The position numbers and the translations under genes were made by a program. This document shows, piece after piece, positions 48,561 through 60,744 of a stretch of DNA of 64,000 nucleotides; within the stretch, counting starts at the first letter, position 1; each line of letters begins with the position of its first letter. Where the stretch lies: positions 6,276 to 70,275 of the forward strand of contig JASLYJ010000003.1 of assembly GCA_030739855.1 (NCBI GenBank), given 5' to 3'. The notes beneath the pieces were generated by a model. That model saw only the letters and a list, made by a program, of their open reading frames with translations. It was not told the origin of the DNA and made no database searches. The DNA comes from Alphaproteobacteria bacterium. GTDB taxonomy: Bacteria > Pseudomonadota > Alphaproteobacteria > UBA11136.

Positions 48561-49297
48561 TCAATACGCAACAGATAGCCTCTGCCGCGGGCGGTCTGGA
48601 GGTAATCCGGAGCCCTGTGGTCGGCTTCAATCTTGTGGCGCAGACGAGCCACCTGCACATCCACGGTACGTGTATTGCTTGAAACCTGACTCGGGCTCTG
48701 TAATTCCTCACGCGACAACGGCACACCAGCATTCAGGGCAAGGGCCTTAAGTAGACTGCTCTCGGTACCGGTGAGATGGATCCGCTCGGCGCCCCTATAC
48801 AACTCGTCGCGTCGTATGTGGAAACGGAAGGCTCCGAAGCGGACTTCTTCGGGGGGTTTTTCTTCCTTCGGCACACGGCGTAGGATGGCACGTGCCCGTA
48901 AGACCAATTCGTGGGGCTCAAAGGGCTTGGTAAGATAGTCATCGGCACCACACTCCAACCCTGCGATTCTATCGCCGGATTCGGCGCGAGCGGTGAGTAG
49001 GAGAATCGGCACCTGATTTTGGCCGCGCAGTGAGACAGTGAGTTCTATTCCAGATTCTCCGGGCATCATGACATCGAGAATAATCAGATCAAAGGCGAAC
49101 GACTTCAGCCGGGTCCGAGCGGCGGCGGCATCTTCCGCTGTGGTGACACGGAAGCCGTTGTCGAAGAGGTACTTTTCTAATAGCTCACGTAGCCGCGTGT
49201 CGTCATCCACGACCAGAATATGCGGTGGCTCCTTTGGCAGAGCTGGCGGATCAGGGTGGCCTGGAGATGGTTCAGGGCTGGAATATGCTTTCATCAT
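48557..49297 (-). CDS. OmpR-family response regulator (CenR/PetR-like by resemblance only)
   Basis: Receiver domain ILVVDDD...DLIILDVMMPG...LTA, and winged-helix RTVDVQVARLRHKIE...YLQTARGRGY. It has an N-terminal Pro-rich extension. Confidence 0.9.
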   Translation of the reverse strand: MMKAYSSPEPSPGHPDPPALPKEPPHILVVDDDTRLRELLEKYLFDNGFRVTTAEDAAAARTRLKSFAFDLIILDVMMPGESGIELTVSLRGQNQVPILLLTARAESGDRIAGLECGADDYLTKPFEPHELVLRARAILRRVPKEEKPPEEVRFGAFRFHIRRDELYRGAERIHLTGTESSLLKALALNAGVPLSREELQSPSQVSSNTRTVDVQVARLRHKIEADHRAPDYLQTARGRGYLLRID

Positions 49298-49402
49298 GTT
49301 GACTTAATCGCCTTCGACCATTGGTCAAATTATCTCTATACGGCTATTGTATGCCTAAGCAGGCCTAGATTTAAGGCTGCTTTTTTCTGGGGTCTGTCTT
49401 TT

Positions 49403-50302
49403 ATGCCGATTCTTCCCTTCGACGATCGCGACGGTGTTATCTGGTTCAACGGTGAAATGGTGCCATGGTGCGATGCCAAGACCCATGTGCTGACCCATGG
49501 CCTGCACTATGGCAGTTGTGTGTTCGAGGGGGAACGGGTTTATGGTGGGCATATCTTTAAGCTACGTGAACACAGTGAACGCCTGTTTCATTCGGCAAAA
49601 GTTATGGGGTTCGAGATCCCATATTCTGTGGAGGAGATCGACGCCGCCAGCGAAGAAATAGTGGCCACCCAGAATATCGAGGACGGCTATATTCGCCCGG
49701 TTTCCTGGCGTGGTAGCGAGATGATGGGGGTCTCTGCCCAACAGACCCGTATCCACGTGGCCATCGCCACTTGGCCCTGGCCATCTTACTTCACACCCGA
49801 GGCGCGGCTGAAAGGCATTCGCCTGACTATCGCTAAATGGGCGCGCCCGGCGCCAAATACCGCGCCTACTGACAGCAAGGCAGCAGGCCTCTACATGATC
49901 TGTAGCCTGAGCAAACATGCCGCGGAGGCGGAAGGATACGACGATGCGCTGATGCTCGATTACCGTGGCCGCATCTCCGAGGCCACTGGAGCCAATGTCT
50001 TCCTCGTGCAAAAAGGCGTGCTACACACGCCGGACCCAGACTGCTTCCTTGACGGCATTACGCGGCGCAGCGTCATCGATCTGGCCCGCAAGCGCGGAAT
50101 CGAGGTAGTGGAACGCGCTATCATACCCGAAGAGCTTGCTAGCACAGATGAGGTGTTTCTCACAGGCACGGCAGTGGAGGTGACGCCGGTATCTGAGATC
50201 GGAAAATACCAATTTGAGGTGGGCGAGATCTGCCGCCAGATGATTAAAGACTACAAAGCTCTGGTCCTTGCCTATCAGAAAAAAGCCGCCAACGCCACCT
50301 GA
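49403..50302 (+). CDS. ilvE: branched-chain amino acid aminotransferase
   Basis: Contains HGLHYGSCVFEGERVY, GYIRP, AKAAG-type (SKAAGLY) and TGTAVEVTPV. Start moved to MPILPFDD (49403). Confidence 0.9.
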   Translation: MPILPFDDRDGVIWFNGEMVPWCDAKTHVLTHGLHYGSCVFEGERVYGGHIFKLREHSERLFHSAKVMGFEIPYSVEEIDAASEEIVATQNIEDGYIRPVSWRGSEMMGVSAQQTRIHVAIATWPWPSYFTPEARLKGIRLTIAKWARPAPNTAPTDSKAAGLYMICSLSKHAAEAEGYDDALMLDYRGRISEATGANVFLVQKGVLHTPDPDCFLDGITRRSVIDLARKRGIEVVERAIIPEELASTDEVFLTGTAVEVTPVSEIGKYQFEVGEICRQMIKDYKALVLAYQKKAANAT

Positions 50303-50315
50303 CCTCCCTCCAGAG

Positions 50316-50780
50316 CTAGTCCTTTTCCCATCGCCGCGCCGCCTCACGATCACTGTGCTCCTGTTCGACCCAATACTCGCCGTCGGCGCTCTTTTCCTTT
50401 TTCCAGAAAGGTGCACTGGTCTTGAGCCAGTCGATGACAAAACGGCAGGCCTCAAAGGCGGCATCGCGATGGCAGGAGGCAGTAGCCACAAGAACAATTC
50501 TGTCTCTGGGCTCAAGGTGACCATATCGGTGAATGACAAGACAGCCCTCTAAGGGCCAGCGCTTTTCGGCCTGGGATACAGTCTGTCGTAGTTTTGCCTC
50601 CGTCATCCCCGGATAATGCTCTAGGGTCATACTCTCGATAGCATCCACGCCTGCCACATCGCGAACCAGCCCCACGAAACAGACCACAGCGCCCATTCTA
50701 GCGGTGCCCTCAGAGAGCCGAGCAAGCTCTTCTCCTACGTCGAAATCTTCTTCCTGGACCCTGATGATGGTGGCGGTCAT
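50316..50780 (-). CDS. moaE: molybdopterin synthase catalytic subunit
   Basis: Contains GAVVCFVGLVRD, LEHYPGM and PFWKKE. ATG 50780 lies just after the moaD stop. Confidence 0.88.
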   Translation of the reverse strand: MTATIIRVQEEDFDVGEELARLSEGTARMGAVVCFVGLVRDVAGVDAIESMTLEHYPGMTEAKLRQTVSQAEKRWPLEGCLVIHRYGHLEPRDRIVLVATASCHRDAAFEACRFVIDWLKTSAPFWKKEKSADGEYWVEQEHSDREAARRWEKD

Positions 50781-50784
50781 AGCA

Positions 50785-51036
50785 TCAACCACCGGTGATG
50801 GGCGGGAACATGGCCACCTCGTCATCCGCTGCTAAGACGTGGTCAAGGGAGACGAATTCCTGGTTGACGGCGGCGCGCACGGCAGAGAGGTCGGCTAGAG
50901 CCTCGGCATGGCCGGGGCTACGCCCCTTCAGCCATTCCATCAGTGCCGCCACATCACCCACATTGGCAGGTGGGGAAAGCTCTTCCTGTGCACAGCCGAT
51001 TTTAGTGCGTAGCCAGGCAAAATACAGTACTTTCAT
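50785..51036 (-). CDS. moaD: molybdopterin synthase sulfur-carrier subunit
   Basis: 83 aa, begins MKVLYFAWLR and ends in the diagnostic GG (FPPITGG). Confidence 0.85.
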   Translation of the reverse strand: MKVLYFAWLRTKIGCAQEELSPPANVGDVAALMEWLKGRSPGHAEALADLSAVRAAVNQEFVSLDHVLAADDEVAMFPPITGG

Positions 51037-52304
51037 GATAAAACCTCACGGAATGGCAGGAAATCCACCATATCTCCCTCTGCCACACAGGACACTTCCT
51101 CGGCCAGTTCAACGAGACCGTCAGCTGCCACCATGGAGGACAGGATGCCCGAGCCTTGGCGTGGAAACTTTTCGGCTTGCAATACATCCCCTTGACCTTG
51201 CACTAACCGCACACGTAACCATTCCCGGCGTCCGGGCTTCTTCTTATGAGAAAAGGTGGAGCGGACCCGGAACAGGAGCGGCTTGAAATCCACAGCCCCT
51301 GACAGTTTGAAAATCGCCGGACGAGCAAAGCGCAGGAACGTGACCATTACCGCCACCGGGTTGCCGGGCAGGCCCATGAAAGGTGTGGTCCCTACCTGTC
51401 CTATGGCCAGCGGTCGCCCCGGTTTTATAGAAAGACGCCAGAAATAGAGACTTCCAAGCGCCTCCACTGCGGTGCGGATGTGGTCCTCTTCACCGGTAGA
51501 GACGCCGCCCGAGGTCAGAATGAGGCCGTGGTTCCCGGCGGCTTTGTCCAATGCCTCCCTGATAGCGGTTTCATCATCGGGAAGGATCCCTAGGTCCGTC
51601 GCTGTACAGCCAAGACCCTCAAGAAGGGCAAACAGGCTGTAGCGGTTCGCGTCAAAGATAGCGCCCTCGGGCAGTGTATTTCCGGGGTCCCGCACCTCGT
51701 CGCCGCTGGAAAACACTGCCACGGATAGGGGCTCATAGACAGAAATCGTGGTCAGGCCTAGGGAAGCCACTAACCCTATCTCTTGGGGACGCAAACGGTG
51801 GCCCTTTTCCATGACCACGTCACCAGGCCTCATGTCCTCGCCCTTTTTGCGTAGATTGGCGCCCCGGGCAATACCTGGGGGGATAGTCACTCGTCCGTCT
51901 TCCTCGCAGCAATCTTCCTGCATCAGTACCGTATCGTGGCCGGGAGCATTGAGCTTGCCGGGAACAGGAGCGCCGGTGAAGATGCGCAGAGCCTCGCCGC
52001 GGCGTGGTGGCCGACCTAGGGGATGCCCAGCAGTGATACGTGCTGCTACCGGTAGAGTGGTTTCTTCTCCTGTGTCGAGATCATCAAAATAGACGGCATA
52101 GCCATCTACTGCGGCGTTATCATGGGGTGGCACGAAATTCTGGGCCACCACGTCCTCAGCGAGGATACGACCATGGGCCCTGCGCAACGGCAACGTTTCG
52201 AGGGAAACCACCGGAGAAAGCCGTTCATCGAGGATGGCCAAGGCTTCGTCGGTGGGCATCAGTTCGCCGCCGAAGGCAAAGCAATCGTCTGAAAGTTGTG
52301 CCAT
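51033..52304 (-). CDS. moeA: molybdopterin molybdenumtransferase
   Basis: 423 aa with LTSGGVSTGEEDH and GLPGNPVA. Overlaps the moaD start by 4 nt. Confidence 0.9.
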   Translation of the reverse strand: MAQLSDDCFAFGGELMPTDEALAILDERLSPVVSLETLPLRRAHGRILAEDVVAQNFVPPHDNAAVDGYAVYFDDLDTGEETTLPVAARITAGHPLGRPPRRGEALRIFTGAPVPGKLNAPGHDTVLMQEDCCEEDGRVTIPPGIARGANLRKKGEDMRPGDVVMEKGHRLRPQEIGLVASLGLTTISVYEPLSVAVFSSGDEVRDPGNTLPEGAIFDANRYSLFALLEGLGCTATDLGILPDDETAIREALDKAAGNHGLILTSGGVSTGEEDHIRTAVEALGSLYFWRLSIKPGRPLAIGQVGTTPFMGLPGNPVAVMVTFLRFARPAIFKLSGAVDFKPLLFRVRSTFSHKKKPGRREWLRVRLVQGQGDVLQAEKFPRQGSGILSSMVAADGLVELAEEVSCVAEGDMVDFLPFREVLS

Positions 52305-52307
52305 GGA

Positions 52308-52811
52308 TTAGCCTCCCTCCAACCCGCAGCGAACAAGAATAAACGACGCTAGCGCTGCCACGTCGCTGAGAGCGAATACAGGCAAACGCACCTTGGGCAG
52401 GTCCACGTCGCTAGCCACCGCCACAATATGGGGGTCCTCAGTGCAGATCAGCGGTTTGTCGTTGTCCCGGCGGTAGACTTCTACTTTGTCGTGGGGATAG
52501 GCCCTGAACCCCTCCACGAGCAATATATCCACCGGCGTCATACGCGCGATTAGGCCGTCGAGAGAAGTCTCCGGTTCACCGCGGTTTTCGTGGATGAGCG
52601 CCCAGCGCTGGGGCGACCCCACCAACACCTCAGTGGCACCGGATTCGCGGTGCACGTAGCTGTCCTTGCCAGGCTCGTCCACTTCCACAGAATGGTGGGT
52701 ATGCTTGATGGTGGAGACCATGACGCCTCTTCCGATCAGTTCGGGGAGCAGTTTTGACAGCAGGGTAGTCTTGCCGCTACCGCTCCATCCCGCTAGACCA
52801 AAAACCTTCAT
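52308..52811 (-). CDS. mobB: molybdopterin-guanine dinucleotide biosynthesis adapter protein
   Basis: Walker A GWSGSGKTTL, and LVEGF. Confidence 0.88.
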   Translation of the reverse strand: MKVFGLAGWSGSGKTTLLSKLLPELIGRGVMVSTIKHTHHSVEVDEPGKDSYVHRESGATEVLVGSPQRWALIHENRGEPETSLDGLIARMTPVDILLVEGFRAYPHDKVEVYRRDNDKPLICTEDPHIVAVASDVDLPKVRLPVFALSDVAALASFILVRCGLEGG

Positions 52812-52904
52812 GAATTGACCTCTCTCTCCCTAGAAAAAAATCGTTTAAGGAGATAAGGGTTGGTGCGGGAGGATTGTCAACCGTGGGAGCGCATGGTGTC
52901 GCTG

Positions 52905-53516
52905 CTACTCACGTGGACCTTGCTCTGGCTTTTCCTTTCCCTCGCTGCGATGCTCCCCCTCCTCAGCCAGCATACGGCGCAAGCCTGCTTGCATATAATC
53001 ATAGCCCGTGATCAGGGTCAGCCCCGCCGCCAACCACACTCCGATGTCACCGATCAGCACCGCCGGGATCCAGTCGGGGCTGGCATCGCCAACGATGAGA
53101 AAACCCAGCGCGAACATCTGGATGGTGGTTTTCCACTTGGCAAGCCTGGAAACCGGCACCCCCACGTGAAGGTTGGCAAGGAATTCGCGCAGACCCGAGA
53201 CTAGTATCTCGCGTATCAGGATTATCACTGCTGGTAACACTGTGAGTCCGGAGATGCGATCAAAAGCCACCAGCATCAGGATAACGGCGGCGATAAGGAT
53301 TTTGTCGGCCACCGGATCCAAGAATTTCCCCAAAGCTGAATACTGGCCACGCACGCGAGCCAGATAGCCATCGAAGAAATCGGTGATCCCCGCCAGCGTG
53401 AAGAACCCAAGAGCAATCCACCGCGGAACGGCGCCATCAAGGAAGAACAGCCACACAAGGATGGGAATCACGGCGATACGCGACAGAGTTAGAAGGTTGG
53501 GCAGGGTGGTTATCAT
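52905..53516 (-). CDS. pgsA: CDP-diacylglycerol--glycerol-3-phosphate 3-phosphatidyltransferase
   Basis: CDP-alcohol phosphatidyltransferase motif DGYLAR...GKFLDPVADK. Polytopic membrane protein. Confidence 0.9.
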   Translation of the reverse strand: MITTLPNLLTLSRIAVIPILVWLFFLDGAVPRWIALGFFTLAGITDFFDGYLARVRGQYSALGKFLDPVADKILIAAVILMLVAFDRISGLTVLPAVIILIREILVSGLREFLANLHVGVPVSRLAKWKTTIQMFALGFLIVGDASPDWIPAVLIGDIGVWLAAGLTLITGYDYMQAGLRRMLAEEGEHRSEGKEKPEQGPRE

Positions 53517-53583
53517 GCCGCGGGAGGGCCCGAAAACGGAGAAACAGCAGGACGTGCGTACATCTTATCTTCCATATCTTGAT

Positions 53584-55563
53584 TTATCCATCGTCATGAA
53601 AGTGGTCGTAGATTTTTTTCGCTACCGTCCTACTGATCCCGGAAACAACCTCTAGATCTTTAAACCCGGCCCGCGCCACGTCCCGGGCGGAACCAAAATG
53701 TTGGAGAAGAGCCTTCTTACGCACCGCCCCCACACCCACAATCTCGTCCAACGTAGACCGTGATAGCGCCGCGGAGCGCTTTCTGCGATGAGATCCAATG
53801 GCAAAACGGTGGGCCTCATCACGAAGCCGTTGCAGGAAAAACAACACTGGATCACGGGATTTGAGGCCGAAGGGCTCGCCGCCGGGGAGAAAAAACCGTT
53901 CTCTTCCAGCGCAACGGTCTAGCCCCTTGGCAATGGCCACCACGGGGATACTGCCTAGCCCAAGATCGGCCATCACCTGACAGGTCACAGCAAGATGCCC
54001 GGCACCACCGTCAATCAGTAGCAAGTCGGGCCAGCCTTTCTTCTCCCGTGCCGGATCTTCTTTAAGGGCGCGAGTGAAGCGCCTGGTCAACACCTCACGC
54101 ATCATAGTGTAGTCGTCACCTGGGGATATTAGTGAAGTCGTACCGGAAGTATCCTCCACCGTCCCGCTTTTTTTCATATCTACGCCCTTGATATTACCCC
54201 CCTTAATATTAAAGGTGCGATAGGCCTTTTTGTTAAGACCATCAGGCCCCGCCACCACCATAGCACCCACAGGCTTGGTACCTTGGATATGGCTATTATC
54301 GTAGACCTCAATGCGGTTTGGCGGTGCGTCGAGACCGAAAACCCGGGCTACTCTCTCCAGAAGCTGCCGCTGCGAAGCGCTTTCGGCCAAACGCCGCGAG
54401 AGCGCTTCCTCAGCATTGATCAGGGCATGTCCCATCAGCTTAAATTTTGCACCGCGGCGCGGTCGTGTCAGTACCACCTTGTGCCCAGCACGCAAGGTAA
54501 GTGCCTGTTCTATCAGTCTGTGATCGGCCACGTCATGGCTAAGAAGAATAGAGGGAGGCGCAATACGGGATTCGTAAAACTGGGTGATGAAAGGTCCCAG
54601 AATTTCCTCGGCCGCCAGATTGGCGTCATGGTAGGGGAAATAGGAACGGTTGCCATAATTGCGCCCACCACGGAAGAAAAACACCTGGATACAGCTCCGG
54701 CCACCAACTTGATGAATAGCGATAACTTCGGCGTCTCCTAGAACCGCCACGTTGATGTCTTGGTGCAACTGGACTTGAGACAGGGCACGGATACGGTCGC
54801 GATAGGCAGCCGCCATCTCATAATTCAATGCCTTGCTAGCTTTTTGCATGGAGACGGCCAGACGCTTCTGAACGTCCCGGCTACGACCGGAAAGAAAGTC
54901 CTTGGCCTGGGCCACCAGCTCGGCGTAGGCCCCGGCATCGATGCGGCCAACGCAGGGTGCTGAACAACGCTTGATCTGATAGAGCAAGCAGGGGCGGCTG
55001 CGGGCGGTGAACACGCTGTCGTCACAGTTCCGCAAGAGGAATACGCGTGCGAGAATGTTCAGCGTTTCATTGACTGCCCCGGCCGAGGCGAAGGGACCGA
55101 AATACTCCCCCTTACGGGAACGTGCACCGCGATGCTTGCAGATCTGCGGAAAATCATGGTCGCCGACGATGAAAATATAGGGGAAAGACTTGTCGTCACG
55201 CAGAAGCACGTTATAGCGCGGCGTAAGCCGTTTGATTAGGTTGCTCTCCAGAAGCAGCGCCTCCACCTCGGTATGGGTAGTGACAATCTCCATGGCCATG
55301 GTTTCGGCAACCATCCGTTGCAACCGCCGCGGAAGTTTCGCGAAATGGGTATAAGAAGCTACCCGCTTTGCTAGGTTTTTCGCCTTACCCACGTAGAGAA
55401 CCTTGTCGCCGGCACCAATCATGCGATAGACGCCGGGCCTAGTAGGAAGGGTCTTCATGCAATTGCGAATCACCGCCAGCCCGGCAGCAGCGGGAGCCAC
55501 CAACGTGGTCCTTTCTCCAGAGGCCTTGCCGGCAGCGCCCGGCTTTTGATCCTTGCCGCTCAT
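53584..55563 (-). CDS. uvrC: excinuclease ABC subunit C
   Basis: GIY-YIG domain (PGVYRM...VLYVGKAKNLAKRV), a UVR domain and a C-terminal (HhH)2. Start moved to MSGKDQ (55563). Confidence 0.93.
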   Translation of the reverse strand: MSGKDQKPGAAGKASGERTTLVAPAAAGLAVIRNCMKTLPTRPGVYRMIGAGDKVLYVGKAKNLAKRVASYTHFAKLPRRLQRMVAETMAMEIVTTHTEVEALLLESNLIKRLTPRYNVLLRDDKSFPYIFIVGDHDFPQICKHRGARSRKGEYFGPFASAGAVNETLNILARVFLLRNCDDSVFTARSRPCLLYQIKRCSAPCVGRIDAGAYAELVAQAKDFLSGRSRDVQKRLAVSMQKASKALNYEMAAAYRDRIRALSQVQLHQDINVAVLGDAEVIAIHQVGGRSCIQVFFFRGGRNYGNRSYFPYHDANLAAEEILGPFITQFYESRIAPPSILLSHDVADHRLIEQALTLRAGHKVVLTRPRRGAKFKLMGHALINAEEALSRRLAESASQRQLLERVARVFGLDAPPNRIEVYDNSHIQGTKPVGAMVVAGPDGLNKKAYRTFNIKGGNIKGVDMKKSGTVEDTSGTTSLISPGDDYTMMREVLTRRFTRALKEDPAREKKGWPDLLLIDGGAGHLAVTCQVMADLGLGSIPVVAIAKGLDRCAGRERFFLPGGEPFGLKSRDPVLFFLQRLRDEAHRFAIGSHRRKRSAALSRSTLDEIVGVGAVRKKALLQHFGSARDVARAGFKDLEVVSGISRTVAKKIYDHFHDDG

Positions 55564-55809
55564 AGATGCTCCGCTTCCGTAAACCTCATAAGTTATCCTC
55601 ACAGCCACGGTACGCAGATGACAGAATCCGTTCACAAACATCCTGCCTGTCCCGTTGGGGACCCTTTACTTGTCCAGAAAGATGCACCCTTTGAGAGAGG
55701 CGTTGCCACCTTTCGAGAGCGGCAGGGTCAGGCCTACCACGCCCGTCTACGGGCCTGCGATAAGACTAACTTATTGATATGGCTTTGGAAGGAAGGAAGC
55801 AAAAAAATA

Positions 55810-55832
55810 CTATCCACGAAATCTGTGGATAA
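55810..55832. promoter_or_regulatory. inverted pair of DnaA boxes in a long AT-rich intergenic region
   Basis: CTATCCACG (55810-18, 7/9 match), 5 nt, then TGTGGATAA (55824-32), which is the perfect reverse complement of TTATCCACA. Binding is not shown. Confidence 0.45.
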
Positions 55833-56191
55833 TTTTGTTGACAACTCATCTCTTTAGACGTTTACCCTTAGGTAGAGTGGGATTTTTACGTGAATGCTTA
55901 TATTTTAGGCATTAAAGTTAACTCATTGATTATCATTGACAAATCAAAACTAAAGTAGCAACAGAATAGTATTCGAAAGTTTTTTGCTTTAATCCTCTTC
56001 ACAAATTCACGGAGTTCACACGCGCTGTGCACAACTTCCCTGTTATGCTTAAAAATGCCATTAACATTTTGTTTATATGATCTTTTTAGAAATGTTATTT
56101 TTTGAATCGCCTTTTAGAGCCTGGCACAGTTTAGGTCCCGGAAATAACGGGGAAGAGTGTGTCGTCGCTCCGTAAAAAAGGACGTGCCCGT

Positions 56192-56989
56192 TTATTCTTC
56201 AGGTAGATAATCCCGGTCAAGCTGTGCCCAGCCCAAGTGCTGGCCGCCGTCCAACGCCACCATCTGTCCCGTCATGGCGGGAGCGGAAAGAAGAAAGCGC
56301 ACGGCGGCGCAGATTTCTTCCGTGGGAGTACGGCGCTGCAAAGGCGTAGACTGCCACTGCCTGGTGAATTGAGCTTCTGTCTGGCGAGCACTGGCCATGG
56401 TGGGGCCGGGACCGATAGCGTTAACGCGAATCTTCGGCGCCAGGGCCATGGCCAAGGTCTGGGTCAAGATCCACAGCCCAGCCTTGCTCAGGGTATAGGT
56501 GGTGAAGAAGGGGGTAAGGTTCCATACCCTCTGGTCGATAATGTTGACTACGCAGCCGCTAGACTCCGCTGGCACCTGCGCGGCGAAGCCCTGTGTCAAC
56601 ACGAAGGGCGCGCGTAAGTTCACCTCTATATGGGTTTCCCAGCTTTCACGGGTGGCAGTCTCCGGTGTGTCTGCCTCAAATCGCGAAGCATTGTTAATGA
56701 GACAGCCCAGCGGCCCCAGTGCTTTCACCGCCCGAGGAACCAGTCCTGCCGCTTCGCCATATTCGGCAAGATCAGCGGCTAGGGCCACGGCGCGGCCTCC
56801 AGCCTTTGTGATCTTCGCCACCATTTCCTCAGCTTGCGACTTGGAACGGTTGTAGTGCACGGCGACCGCCCAGCCGTCGCGAGCCAAATCAAGGGCGATG
56901 GCGCGGCCTATGCGGTGCGCTGCACCCGTAACCAAGACGGCTCTGGGCGGTGTAGCGAAGTGGCATTCATCGAAGGGAGTTTCAGACAT
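56192..56989 (-). CDS. short-chain dehydrogenase/reductase (pteridine-reductase-like)
   Basis: Contains VLVTGAAHRIGRAIA, NNAS and Y..SK (YTLSKAG). Substrate not assignable from sequence alone. Confidence 0.8.
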   Translation of the reverse strand: MSETPFDECHFATPPRAVLVTGAAHRIGRAIALDLARDGWAVAVHYNRSKSQAEEMVAKITKAGGRAVALAADLAEYGEAAGLVPRAVKALGPLGCLINNASRFEADTPETATRESWETHIEVNLRAPFVLTQGFAAQVPAESSGCVVNIIDQRVWNLTPFFTTYTLSKAGLWILTQTLAMALAPKIRVNAIGPGPTMASARQTEAQFTRQWQSTPLQRRTPTEEICAAVRFLLSAPAMTGQMVALDGGQHLGWAQLDRDYLPEE

Positions 56990-57099
56990 GGCGGAACGCA
57001 GACATTCTTAAGTAACACCTCAGGAATCTTTCTATTCTAGCGGAGAAAAAGGGAGAGCGAACAGTACGTTTGTGGCGGGTGTAACACTTTTTCCCTTCT

Positions 57100-60556
<3,457 letters not shown>

Positions 60557-60744
60557 CGGCTTCGGACAATGCCTTCTTTGAGGCGTTCACCCCTTTCACC
60601 GACGGCACCTGAAACCTCCGCCCGTAGTCACCTTCTCCGTATTTTCCTTGCATCCCTCCAGTGAGGCTGGGAACATATCTCTCCAAGCAAGTTGCCTGGA
60701 TCAAGGGCGCGGCTCGAAGTGGGTCCTGATATGGGGAGGAAACA

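Noticed and set aside
49357-49386. Terminator-like hairpin (AAGCAG...CTGCTT plus T-run) 17 nt before the ilvE start, a possible attenuator
   Set aside because: The stem is only about 6 bp with a 13-14-nt loop and is AT-rich. I found no leader peptide rich in Ile/Leu/Val. It is probably fortuitous.
55546-55857. 103-aa + strand ORF at the uvrC 5' end
   Set aside because: It starts antisense inside uvrC and runs into the non-coding AT-rich gap. It has no motifs and unconvincing composition.
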